From assembly GCA_035549695.1 (NCBI GenBank), contig DASZQK010000003.1, positions 4,833 through 68,832 of the forward strand: 64,000 bases of DNA, read 5' to 3'. A program made the position numbers and the translations under genes. The DNA comes from Caulobacterales bacterium. GTDB lineage: Bacteria > Pseudomonadota > Alphaproteobacteria > Caulobacterales > Aquidulcibacteraceae. This document shows, piece after piece, positions 9,368-17,334 of this stretch. Position 1 is the stretch's first letter. Every line of letters starts with the position of its first letter. The notes under the pieces were generated by a model. That model was not told the origin of the DNA, did no database searches, and saw only the letters and a program-made list of their open reading frames with translations.

Positions 9368-9864
9368 GCGACCAATGGGTGCAGTATCGTCCCAAGCTGC
9401 AGATCTACGAAATTCTGGACAAGCCAGGCGGCGTCGCCGTCGAGCAAGCGCTGCAGCGCGCCGAAGAAGCGCTTGAGCAGCATCGCGCCAGCGCCACCCA
9501 TGCGATTCGCGAGAGCGTAACCAGGCTCGAAGCCATCGTGCGCGAGCGCGGCGCGCCTGATCCCGAACAAGTCTACGCCCAAGCGGGCTTCGTGCTCGAT
9601 ATCGCCGGCGTCTATATGCCCGCGCTTTGTCGCGCGTCACAATCCTTGTGCGAGCTGGTGCATCGTCTGCGCGCACTCGGCAAATGGGATTGGGCGGCGG
9701 TGGCGGTGCACGTTTCCTCCATGCGCCTGTTGCTTGAGATGCGCGACGGCATGGAGGGCGCAGTGCAATCGGTGCTCGACGGACTCGCCGCCGTGGTCGC
9801 CAAATATCCCGATCCCTGTCCGCCCGATCCGCCGCGCTCGGCGCCCGTTCCGGCGGCCTCATAG
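9364..9864 (+). CDS. Helical hypothetical protein, CheE-like
   Basis: ATGA-coupled to the receiver gene; PGGVAVEQALQRAEEAL...AVAVHVSSMRLL resembles caulobacteral CheE-type proteins. Confidence 0.55.
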   Translation: MSDQWVQYRPKLQIYEILDKPGGVAVEQALQRAEEALEQHRASATHAIRESVTRLEAIVRERGAPDPEQVYAQAGFVLDIAGVYMPALCRASQSLCELVHRLRALGKWDWAAVAVHVSSMRLLLEMRDGMEGAVQSVLDGLAAVVAKYPDPCPPDPPRSAPVPAAS

Positions 9865-9957
9865 GCGATTCCGCTTCCATTCAGGGTCGGCGCGCGCGTT
9901 TCCCCGTAGCAACGCGCTCGGGGGCGTCCTATCCTGCCGCGAGCACGGGGGAAGGGC

Positions 9958-11451
9958 ATGCCGGATCATCCACAGTCGCCGCAACCGCAGCCAAGCGGCC
10001 AGGACCGCCAGGTCAAGTTGGTGTCGATCGTCGCGATCGACGTCGTCGGCTTCTCTTCGATGTCGGAAAAGGATCAGCGCAACACCGCCAAGAAGATCGA
10101 GGCGCTGCGTGGACGCATCGACGCCACGGCGCGTCATCACGGCGGGCGCCTGTTCAATACGGCGGGAGACGGCTTCATGCTGGAGTTCGGTTCCGCCGGC
10201 GCCGCGCTCGAAGCCATCCAGGACCTGCTGGACAAGCGCGCCAAGGGCGAGCCGAAAATTCGCGTGGGCGCCCATGTTGGCGATGTGATCGTCACCGTGA
10301 ACAACGATTTGCTCGGCCACGGCGTGAACATCGCCGCGCGGCTGCAGGCTTTGGCCTCGCCCGGCTCCGCCTTGGTGTCATCCGAGTTTCGTTCGATGGC
10401 GCGCACCAGTCCGTCCGCCGCTTTCCAGGCGCGCGGCCGCCAGCCGCTCGAAAACATCGAGCAGAAGGTGCAGACGTTCGAAATCCTGTCCCAGAAGCAG
10501 CGCTTCCAGCGCTGGATCAAGCGCGTCACCTACGGCGCGACGGGACTTGCGGCGGTGACGGCGCTCGCCTTCGTCAGCCCTTACGTGCTGCATATCGTGC
10601 AAGACCAGTTGGCGCTGCGCACGCAAGCCGATGCGAGCACGGCCGCGCCGGCGCCCGCGCCGCAGCAGGAGGAGTTTCGCCAAGCCTCGTCCAGCGCGCC
10701 CGCAACCACTGAAGCCGCGCCGGCGGCGCTGACGGCGGGCCAAAGCTTCCGCGATTGCGCCGATTGCCCGGAAATGGTGGTGGCCCCAGGCGGGCTCTTC
10801 ACCATGGGTTCGCCGGCGACGGAATTCGGCCGCGCCGAGGACGAGGGGCCGACGCGCGAGGTTTCGATCGCGCCTTTCGCCGTCGGCAAGTACGAAGTCA
10901 CGTTCGCCGAGTGGGATGCGTGCGTCACCGATGGCGGCTGCAACGGGTTTTCTCCGTCGGATCGGGGTTGGGGGCGCGCGAATCGTCCGGTCGTGGGCGT
11001 GTCTTGGGCCGACGCGCAGGCGTTCGTGCGCTGGCTCAATCTGAAATCGGGCTCGACCCAGTATCGCCTGCTCACCGAAGCGGAGTGGGAGTACGCCGCG
11101 CGCGCCGGCTCGCAAACGGCGTATGCGTTCGGCGATCAACTCACGCCCCAGCAAGCGACCTTCCATGTCGCGCGGACGACGGAGGAAGGGGCGCACCAAG
11201 CCAATGCGTTCGGACTCTACGATCTGCACGGCAACGCCGCCGAATGGGTCGAGGATTGCTACGCGGCGAGCTACAATCTCGCGCCCGTCGACGGCACGGC
11301 GGTCGAGGCCGATCGCTGCCGCGCCCGCGTCTATCGAGGCGGCGGGTATTCCGACGCCTCGGCCAAATTGCGCGCCGCCGCACGCCGGAGCGCCGCGCCC
11401 GATTTGCGCCAGCCGAGCGTCGGCTTCCGCGTCGCCAGGACAATGAATTAA
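9958..11451 (+). CDS. Class III nucleotide cyclase - TM - FGE/SUMF1 domain fusion
   Basis: N-term IDVVGFS, TAGDGF, IRVGAHVGDV, DLLGHGVNIAARLQ; TM near residue 190-215; Ala/Pro linker; C-term FRDCADCPEMVV, RLLTEAEWEYAARAG, NAFGLYDLHGNAAEWVEDC, GFRVAR. Confidence 0.9.
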   Translation: MPDHPQSPQPQPSGQDRQVKLVSIVAIDVVGFSSMSEKDQRNTAKKIEALRGRIDATARHHGGRLFNTAGDGFMLEFGSAGAALEAIQDLLDKRAKGEPKIRVGAHVGDVIVTVNNDLLGHGVNIAARLQALASPGSALVSSEFRSMARTSPSAAFQARGRQPLENIEQKVQTFEILSQKQRFQRWIKRVTYGATGLAAVTALAFVSPYVLHIVQDQLALRTQADASTAAPAPAPQQEEFRQASSSAPATTEAAPAALTAGQSFRDCADCPEMVVAPGGLFTMGSPATEFGRAEDEGPTREVSIAPFAVGKYEVTFAEWDACVTDGGCNGFSPSDRGWGRANRPVVGVSWADAQAFVRWLNLKSGSTQYRLLTEAEWEYAARAGSQTAYAFGDQLTPQQATFHVARTTEEGAHQANAFGLYDLHGNAAEWVEDCYAASYNLAPVDGTAVEADRCRARVYRGGGYSDASAKLRAAARRSAAPDLRQPSVGFRVARTMN

Positions 11452-11522
11452 GGCGCCGCGCGGCACTGCAGAAGCCGGTCGAACGCGCCTTGCCGCGGCC
11501 GCGCCGGCCCCCTTATGTCGGA

Positions 11523-11538
11523 TATGACCTCGGTCACA
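11523..11538. promoter_or_regulatory. CRP/FNR-family box upstream of the phosphodiesterase
   Basis: TATGA-CCTCGG-TCACA, one mismatch from TGTGA-N6-TCACA, centred about 66 bp before the ATG at 11597. Confidence 0.5.
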
Positions 11539-11596
11539 CAAAAAGCAGCCGGCGAGCCCCTATGAGCTTGACTGAAGCGAAGCTTGGGGGGCGCGC

Positions 11597-12364
11597 ATGA
11601 GCGGTCAATTCGTGATCGCGCAAATTTCCGACATGCATGTGCGCGCTGGGCCGAACGCGGACGGGTTCGATCCCGCCGGCGACGTCGAACGAGCGCTGCA
11701 GCAAATCGAGGCGCTGGGCGCGGACGTCATCATCGCCACCGGCGATCTCGTCAATGACGCGCGGGCGGAGGAATATGCAGCTCTGGCGGAGGCGCTCGGC
11801 GGCGCGTCGGCGCCGCTCTTTCTCGTGCCCGGAAACCATGACAACCGCGACCGCTTGCGCGCGGCGTTTCCCGATCACGCTTACCTGCCGGAGCGCGGAC
11901 GGCTGTCCTACACGGTGGAGAATTTTCCGGTGCGGATTGTCGCGCTGGATCAGATTGTGCCCGGCGAAACCGGCGGCGATTTCAGCGAGGATTGCGCCCG
12001 TTGGCTCGACGAAACACTGCGCGCCGCGCCGTTCAGGCCGACCATGATCGCGCTGCACCACCCGCCGTTTCTCACCGGCGACCGCCTGCTTGATACGATC
12101 GGCCTCAAGCATTTCGACCGCTTCGCGGAGATAGTGAAGCGCAGTCCCCAGGTCGGGCTCGTGGTCTGCGGCCACCACCATCGCCCGGTGCTGGGGCGGG
12201 TCGCGCATGCGCCGGCCGTCATCGCGCCCTCGACGGCCTGGAGCTTCAGCCTCGCATTTCGCGAAGGTCAGCCTTTCGCCAGGAAGGAACCCGCATCAAA
12301 GGGATGGTGCTTGCACGTGTGGGCGCCCGAGAAGGGGTTTTCCACGCATTTCATGGCGCTTTGA
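11597..12364 (+). CDS. cpdA: CpdA/Icc-type cyclic-nucleotide phosphodiesterase (metallophosphoesterase)
   Basis: QISDMH, ATGDLV, VPGNHD, ALHHPP, CGHHHR. Confidence 0.88.
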   Translation: MSGQFVIAQISDMHVRAGPNADGFDPAGDVERALQQIEALGADVIIATGDLVNDARAEEYAALAEALGGASAPLFLVPGNHDNRDRLRAAFPDHAYLPERGRLSYTVENFPVRIVALDQIVPGETGGDFSEDCARWLDETLRAAPFRPTMIALHHPPFLTGDRLLDTIGLKHFDRFAEIVKRSPQVGLVVCGHHHRPVLGRVAHAPAVIAPSTAWSFSLAFREGQPFARKEPASKGWCLHVWAPEKGFSTHFMAL

Positions 12365-12369
12365 GCGGC

Positions 12370-12453
12370 GAGCCGGACAGCAGTCGGGCCGGATCCGAGG
12401 GATCCGGCCCTTGCTGCGGTGGCGCCTGGGCGGGGGGAGTAGGTCGGCGCCAT
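12370..12453 (-). ncRNA. Candidate EcfG/sigmaT-dependent small RNA (two hairpins, C-rich loop); ends approximate
   Basis: Starts just downstream of a perfect GGAAC-N16-CGTT promoter; stem UGGCGCC/GGCGCCA (12452-12446 with 12426-12420) encloses loop GACCUACUCCCCCCGCCCA; second perfect 11-bp stem GGGCCGGATCC/GGATCCGGCCC at 12386..12410. Confidence 0.55.
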
Positions 12454-12459
12454 CCAAAG

Positions 12460-12484
12460 AACGCGCACCCCTTGGGGGGGTTCC
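12460..12484 (-). promoter_or_regulatory. EcfG/sigmaT-type general stress promoter
   Basis: Minus strand GGAAC (12484-12480)-N16-CGTT (12463-12460). Confidence 0.7.
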
Positions 12485-12545
12485 GAAAAAAATTGCGCGC
12501 GGCGTGGGCGCGTTTTCGCGGTATAGGCGAAGCCGGAGGAGCCTG

Positions 12546-13655
12546 ATGAAAACCAGAGCCGCGGTCGCGTTCGAAGCCAAGAAGCCGCTGGAAATCGTCG
12601 AGTTGGATCTCGATGGCCCGAAGGCCGGCGAGGTTATGGTTGAGATCAAGGCCACCGGCATTTGCCATACCGACGCCTACACGCTCGATGGTCTCGACAG
12701 CGAGGGCATCTTCCCGTCGATCCTGGGCCATGAAGGCGCCGGCGTGGTGCGCGAAGTCGGCGCGGGCGTGACCAGCGTGGCCGCCGGCGATCACGTCATT
12801 CCCCTCTACACGCCGGAATGTCGGCAGTGCAAAAGCTGCCTCTCGCGCAAGACAAATTTGTGCACCGCGATCCGCGCCACGCAGGGCAAGGGCCTCATGC
12901 CCGACGGAACCTCGCGCTTCTCGTATAAGGGCAAGCCGATCGCCCACTACATGGGCTGCTCGACGTTTTCGAATTTCACCGTGCTGCCGGAAATCGCCGT
13001 GGCGAAAATCCGCAAGGACGCGCCATTCGACAAAGCCTGCTATATCGGCTGCGGCGTGACGACCGGCGTTGGCGCCGTGGTCAATACCGCCAAAGTGACG
13101 CCCGGTGCGAATTGCATCGTCTTCGGCCTGGGCGGCATCGGCCTCAACGTCATTCAGGGTTTGAAGCTCGTCGGCGCCAACATGATCGTCGGCGTCGACA
13201 TCAATCCGGCGCGCGAAGAATGGGGCAAGCGCTTCGGCGCCACGCACTTCGTCAATCCGAAAAACGTCACCGGCGATCTCGTCGCGCATCTTGTCGAACT
13301 CACCGGCGGCGGCGCGGACTATACGTTTGACTGCACCGGCAATACGCAAGTGATGCGGCAGGCTTTGGAAGCCTGCCATCGCGGCTGGGGCGAGAGCATC
13401 ATCATCGGCGTCGCCGAAGCCGGCAAGGAAATCGCCACGCGCCCGTTCCAGCTGGTGACGGGCCGCGTGTGGAAAGGCACCGCGTTCGGCGGCGCGCGTG
13501 GGCGCACGGATGTGCCGCGCATCGTCGATTGGTACATGGACAAGAAAATCGAAATCGATCCGATGATCACCCACACGATGACGCTCGAACGCATCAATGA
13601 CGCATTCGATCTGATGCACGCCGGAGAGAGCATCCGCAGCGTGGTGGTCTATTGA
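12546..13655 (+). CDS. frmA: S-(hydroxymethyl)glutathione dehydrogenase / class III alcohol dehydrogenase
   Basis: [55 protein letters not shown]; RBS GGAGGA. Confidence 0.97.
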   Translation: MKTRAAVAFEAKKPLEIVELDLDGPKAGEVMVEIKATGICHTDAYTLDGLDSEGIFPSILGHEGAGVVREVGAGVTSVAAGDHVIPLYTPECRQCKSCLSRKTNLCTAIRATQGKGLMPDGTSRFSYKGKPIAHYMGCSTFSNFTVLPEIAVAKIRKDAPFDKACYIGCGVTTGVGAVVNTAKVTPGANCIVFGLGGIGLNVIQGLKLVGANMIVGVDINPAREEWGKRFGATHFVNPKNVTGDLVAHLVELTGGGADYTFDCTGNTQVMRQALEACHRGWGESIIIGVAEAGKEIATRPFQLVTGRVWKGTAFGGARGRTDVPRIVDWYMDKKIEIDPMITHTMTLERINDAFDLMHAGESIRSVVVY

Positions 13656-14119
13656 TGCCCGCCAGGGACTTGGAGGAGGTGCTCGCCGATGTGACGCGGG
13701 TTGCGGTCGAATATTATGATCTGACGGGGAAGCCTTTGGGCGTGACAGGAGAAGTTGCCGAATGCAGGGCGTCTTCCCTGCTCAATCTTGAACTCGTGGC
13801 CGCGCGGAGCGCCGGGTTTGACGCCATAAGAAGGCGAGGGTCGGCCGAGGAGAGGATTCAGATCAAGGGGCGATACAAGAAATCGAACTCGAAGTGGGGC
13901 CGCGTTCCGCGCATCGACGTCACGAAGGAATTCGATGCGGTTGTCCTCGTCTTGATGAGCGGGCGCTACGAAGTGCGTGAAATCTGGGAGGCCCCGCGCG
14001 ACAAGGTCATGGACCGACTGGCCCGCCCCGGTTCCAAGTCGCGCAACGAGCGCGGCTCGATGGACGTGTCCCAGTTCAAGTCGATCGCACAACTCATTTG
14101 GTCCCCGCGCGTAAGATGA
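13655..14119 (+). CDS. Hypothetical protein, PD-(D/E)XK nuclease-like (DUF6998-like)
   Basis: TGEVAE...GFDA...IQIKGR pattern; translationally coupled to both neighbours; lower GC and AGA/AGG/ATA codons. Confidence 0.6.
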   Translation: MPARDLEEVLADVTRVAVEYYDLTGKPLGVTGEVAECRASSLLNLELVAARSAGFDAIRRRGSAEERIQIKGRYKKSNSKWGRVPRIDVTKEFDAVVLVLMSGRYEVREIWEAPRDKVMDRLARPGSKSRNERGSMDVSQFKSIAQLIWSPRVR

Positions 14120-14970
14120 GCATTGAAATCCGCAATCAGCATCGCGTGCATGGCGGCACGCTGCGCTTCTGCCAGCATGCCAGCGAGGCCACGCGAACGC
14201 CGATGCGCTTCAGCGCGTTTACGCCGCCGGGCGAGGGGCCGTTTCCGTATCTCATTTTTCTGTCCGGGCTCACGTCGAGCGAAGAGAATTTCACGGTGAA
14301 GGCTGGCGCCTATCGCTTCGCCGCGGAAGCGGGGCTGGCCATCCTCAATCCGGATACCTCGCCGCGCGGCGAAAACGTCCCTGATCATCCCGATCCTGAC
14401 GTCGGCCAGGCCGCCGGCTTCTATGTCGATGCGACAGAGGCGCCGTGGTCGGCTAATTTCAAAATGGAGACGTACGTTACCCGTGATCTGATCGCGGCTG
14501 CGGAAGGCGCATTTCCACTTGACCCCGCGCGGCGCGGACTTTGCGGGCACTCCATGGGCGGTCACGGCGCGCTGACGCTCGCCTTCAGGCATCCGGACTG
14601 CTTCCAATCGCTGTCCGCGTTTGCGCCGATCTGTTCACCGACGCGATCGACCTGGGGCGGCAAAGCCTTCCGTGAGTATTTCGGCGCCGATGAAGGCAGG
14701 TGGCGGGGCCATGACGCGACGCTGTTGCTCGAGCAAGGCGCTGGCGCCGCGTTCGACGACATCTTGATTGATCAGGGGCTCGCGGATCCGTTTTTGCCGG
14801 ACCAACTCAATCTTGATCGTTTCGAGGCGGCGGCGCGCGCGGCCGGGCGCCCGCTCACGGTGCGGCGCCACGAGGGCTACGATCACGGCTATTTCTTCAT
14901 CACGACGTTTATCGCCGATCACATCGCATTCCACGCGCAGCGTTTGCGTCAGCCTCGCGCGGCCTTGTAG
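14116..14970 (+). CDS. fghA: S-formylglutathione hydrolase
   Basis: FLSGLTSSEENF, PDTSPRG, GHSMGGHGAL nucleophile elbow, IDQG, GYDHGYFFI. Confidence 0.95.
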   Translation: MSIEIRNQHRVHGGTLRFCQHASEATRTPMRFSAFTPPGEGPFPYLIFLSGLTSSEENFTVKAGAYRFAAEAGLAILNPDTSPRGENVPDHPDPDVGQAAGFYVDATEAPWSANFKMETYVTRDLIAAAEGAFPLDPARRGLCGHSMGGHGALTLAFRHPDCFQSLSAFAPICSPTRSTWGGKAFREYFGADEGRWRGHDATLLLEQGAGAAFDDILIDQGLADPFLPDQLNLDRFEAAARAAGRPLTVRRHEGYDHGYFFITTFIADHIAFHAQRLRQPRAAL

Positions 14971-15578
14971 GCGCGCACATAGCTCTCCGCACGGGCGCGC
15001 ACCGTTTCCGGCGCGTCTCCTGGCCGGTAAAGGCCGGAGCCGAGGCCGAAACCTCTCGCGCCGGCGGCCAGGTAGTCCGCCATCTTCGCCTCGCTCACGC
15101 CGCCGACGGCGAACAGAGGGCTCTCAGAAGGAAGCACGGCTTTGAGCGCCTTGACATAAGCGGGCGGCGCGGTGTCCGCGGGGAAGAGTTTCAGCGCGTC
15201 GGCGCCCGCGGCGATCGCGGCGAATGCCTCGCTCGGCGTGTAGAAGCCCGGCAACGAAAGAAGCCCTGCGGCCTTGGTCGCCTTGATCACAGCGGAATCG
15301 GCGTTGGGCGAGACGACGAATTGTCCTCCCGCGCGCTTCACCTCGTCCACATCGGCGGGCGTCAGCACGGTGCCGGCGCCAACCAGCATGCGGCCTTCGA
15401 ACACGCCGGCGAGCGCGGCGATGCTGCCGAGCGGCTTCGGCGAATTGAGCGGGACTTCGACGCAGACCAGGCCCGCCTCATGCAACGCCTGTCCGATGGC
15501 GATGGCCTCGTCCGGCGTGACGCCGCGCAGTATGGCGATCAGCGGCATCTCGCTCAGCATGCGCGCCCAGAGACTCAT
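14949..15578 (-). CDS. dgoA: 2-dehydro-3-deoxy-6-phosphogalactonate aldolase
   Basis: PLIAILRG, EVPLNSP, GAGTVL, VSPN, ALKLFPA, FAVGGV; coupled to dgoK. Confidence 0.93.
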   Translation of the reverse strand: MSLWARMLSEMPLIAILRGVTPDEAIAIGQALHEAGLVCVEVPLNSPKPLGSIAALAGVFEGRMLVGAGTVLTPADVDEVKRAGGQFVVSPNADSAVIKATKAAGLLSLPGFYTPSEAFAAIAAGADALKLFPADTAPPAYVKALKAVLPSESPLFAVGGVSEAKMADYLAAGARGFGLGSGLYRPGDAPETVRARAESYVRAYKAARG

Positions 15579-16480
15579 GCGTCGCTCCATGGCTGTGCGA
15601 GCCGCCATAGTCCGCGCGCGGCCGCGGCTTCGCCGTCGACGATCTCCACCTTGCTGAAGCCCGCCCGCGCAAACGCCGCGCGGTAAAGTGCGCCGAGTTC
15701 GGCGGCGGCGATGACGAGGATGCGGATGTCGGCCGAGAGCCGATGCTCGGCCAGCCCCTCGGTGATTTCCGCCCCGATCAGCAGTCCGGAGAGGTAGGCC
15801 GACAGCGAGCGCGTGGCGATGTGCCCGAACAGACCTTCACTGCGCACGCTGAACAGCAGATTGAGCAAGGCGGCGCTGCGCAAGCTGCGCTGGACGCCGA
15901 GGGCGAACGCATCCGGGTCGGATGCGTCGCCATCAATGAGACGCGTCAGGATCGATTGTTGTTTCAGCAGCGCATAGATCTCGCCGGTCATGTAGGTGCG
16001 TATGTCCGTGACGCGCCCCTCGGCCACGCGCGCCCATTTCGAGTGCGTTCCCGGCGCCACGACGATATCCGCCGCCTGACTGTCGAGCGCGCCGAAAATC
16101 TGCGTTTCCTCGCCGCGCATGATTTCCATCAGTCCATCGCCGCGTGCGGCGCTCAGGCCCGGGGCGAGGCGCGCGTCGAGCGCCGCGTCCGGACGCACCA
16201 TGGCCGCGCGAACGGAAGCGAGATCGGCTGGGCATGGCGCGTAGGGAGCTTCCCGCCAGCCTTCGCGGCTGCCGGCCATGCCGCTGATGACGATGCGCGC
16301 CTCCTGCGTAAGCCAGTCGCCGACGATTTCGCGCAACGCGGCTTCGAAGGCGCGATCCTTGATCATGCCGACGCCGTTCGCGGCGCGTCGCGTCTCGACA
16401 ACGTTTCCGGCGCCGTCGAACCGGAACGCGCGCAGATTGGTGGTTCCCCAGTCGACGCCGATCACGATGGGCGCGCTCAT
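15575..16480 (-). CDS. dgoK: 2-dehydro-3-deoxygalactonokinase
   Basis: GVDWGTTNLRA, SGMAGSREGWREAPY, IMRGEETQIFG, PGTHSKW, MTGE, YLSGLLIGAE. Confidence 0.95.
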   Translation of the reverse strand: MSAPIVIGVDWGTTNLRAFRFDGAGNVVETRRAANGVGMIKDRAFEAALREIVGDWLTQEARIVISGMAGSREGWREAPYAPCPADLASVRAAMVRPDAALDARLAPGLSAARGDGLMEIMRGEETQIFGALDSQAADIVVAPGTHSKWARVAEGRVTDIRTYMTGEIYALLKQQSILTRLIDGDASDPDAFALGVQRSLRSAALLNLLFSVRSEGLFGHIATRSLSAYLSGLLIGAEITEGLAEHRLSADIRILVIAAAELGALYRAAFARAGFSKVEIVDGEAAAARGLWRLAQPWSDA

Positions 16481-17334
16481 CCCGCGAACGCGTATTGCGG
16501 GGCGCCGCGCACGCCGGGATCGATCTCGAACAGGCCGCCGGCGAGGTCCTCGTTTTCGCGGCCCGTCCGCGCGGATGTGACGAACATGCGGTCGAGGTTG
16601 TCGCCGGCGAATACGCAGCTGGTGATGCGCGAAGCGGGAAGCGGGACGGCGCGGTCGAGCGCGCCGTCAGGCGTAAATCGGCTGACGCGCGCGCCGCCCC
16701 AATGCGCGACCCAGACGCCGTCCTCGATATCGGTCGTCATCCCGTCCGGCGAGCCCCAGTCCGGCTCGAATTTCACGAATACGCGCTTGTTGGAAATCTC
16801 GCCGTTGGGCGCGAGATCGAACTTGTAGATCGTCTTCGCGCCACTATCGGTGTGGTAGATGGCGCTGTGATCGAGGTTGAAGGTCGGGCCGTTGCAAACC
16901 TTGTAGCCGTCGTCCATGACGCGCCACGACATGTCGGGATCGAGGCGGAACAGCTGGCCGCTGACGTTTTTTTCCAGATCGTCCATCGAACCGGCCCAGA
17001 TGCGCCCCCACCGATCGGCTTTGGCGTCGTTGCGCCGATTGTCGGGAAGGCTGGATTCGGGCTCGCAGATTTTGACCAGACGGAACGGCTCCAGCGTGAG
17101 CTCGAAAAACCCGCTTTTGAGTCCGGCGATAAATCCCGGCTTGGCCGCGCGCGGAATCACCCATCCGATCGGCTCCGGCATGTCCCAGCTTTGCCGTCCG
17201 CCGTCGGCGAGAGAATAGCGATGGAGCGCGGGCTTCTTGATATCGACGAAATAGATCGCGTTCTCGCGTGCGACCCAGATCGGGCCCTCGCCCAGCGTCG
17301 CCTTGAGCGCCCAAACGCAGCGCGCCTGCGCCAT
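16477..17334 (-). CDS. SMP-30/gluconolactonase family sugar lactonase
   Basis: LGEGPIW, RNDAKADRWGRIWAGSM, CNGPTFN, PDGMTTD. Confidence 0.92.
   Translation of the reverse strand: MAQARCVWALKATLGEGPIWVARENAIYFVDIKKPALHRYSLADGGRQSWDMPEPIGWVIPRAAKPGFIAGLKSGFFELTLEPFRLVKICEPESSLPDNRRNDAKADRWGRIWAGSMDDLEKNVSGQLFRLDPDMSWRVMDDGYKVCNGPTFNLDHSAIYHTDSGAKTIYKFDLAPNGEISNKRVFVKFEPDWGSPDGMTTDIEDGVWVAHWGGARVSRFTPDGALDRAVPLPASRITSCVFAGDNLDRMFVTSARTGRENEDLAGGLFEIDPGVRGAPQYAFAG

Noticed and set aside
9958-12364. Pycsar/CBASS-like anti-phage system (cyclase next to a phosphoesterase)
   Set aside because: No TIR or 2-4TM effector gene, host-like GC, and a receptor-type architecture typical of housekeeping alphaproteobacterial cyclases.
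12268-12453. Leaderless peptide [10 protein letters not shown]... at the EcfG-type TSS
   Set aside because: Runs antisense into cpdA with no recognisable motif; the strong RNA structure is better explained by an sRNA, though ribosome profiling would be needed to exclude it.
12474-12492. G7 and A7 homopolymers as a phase-variation switch
   Set aside because: Tracts are short; G7 lies in the ECF promoter spacer but nothing indicates length variation.
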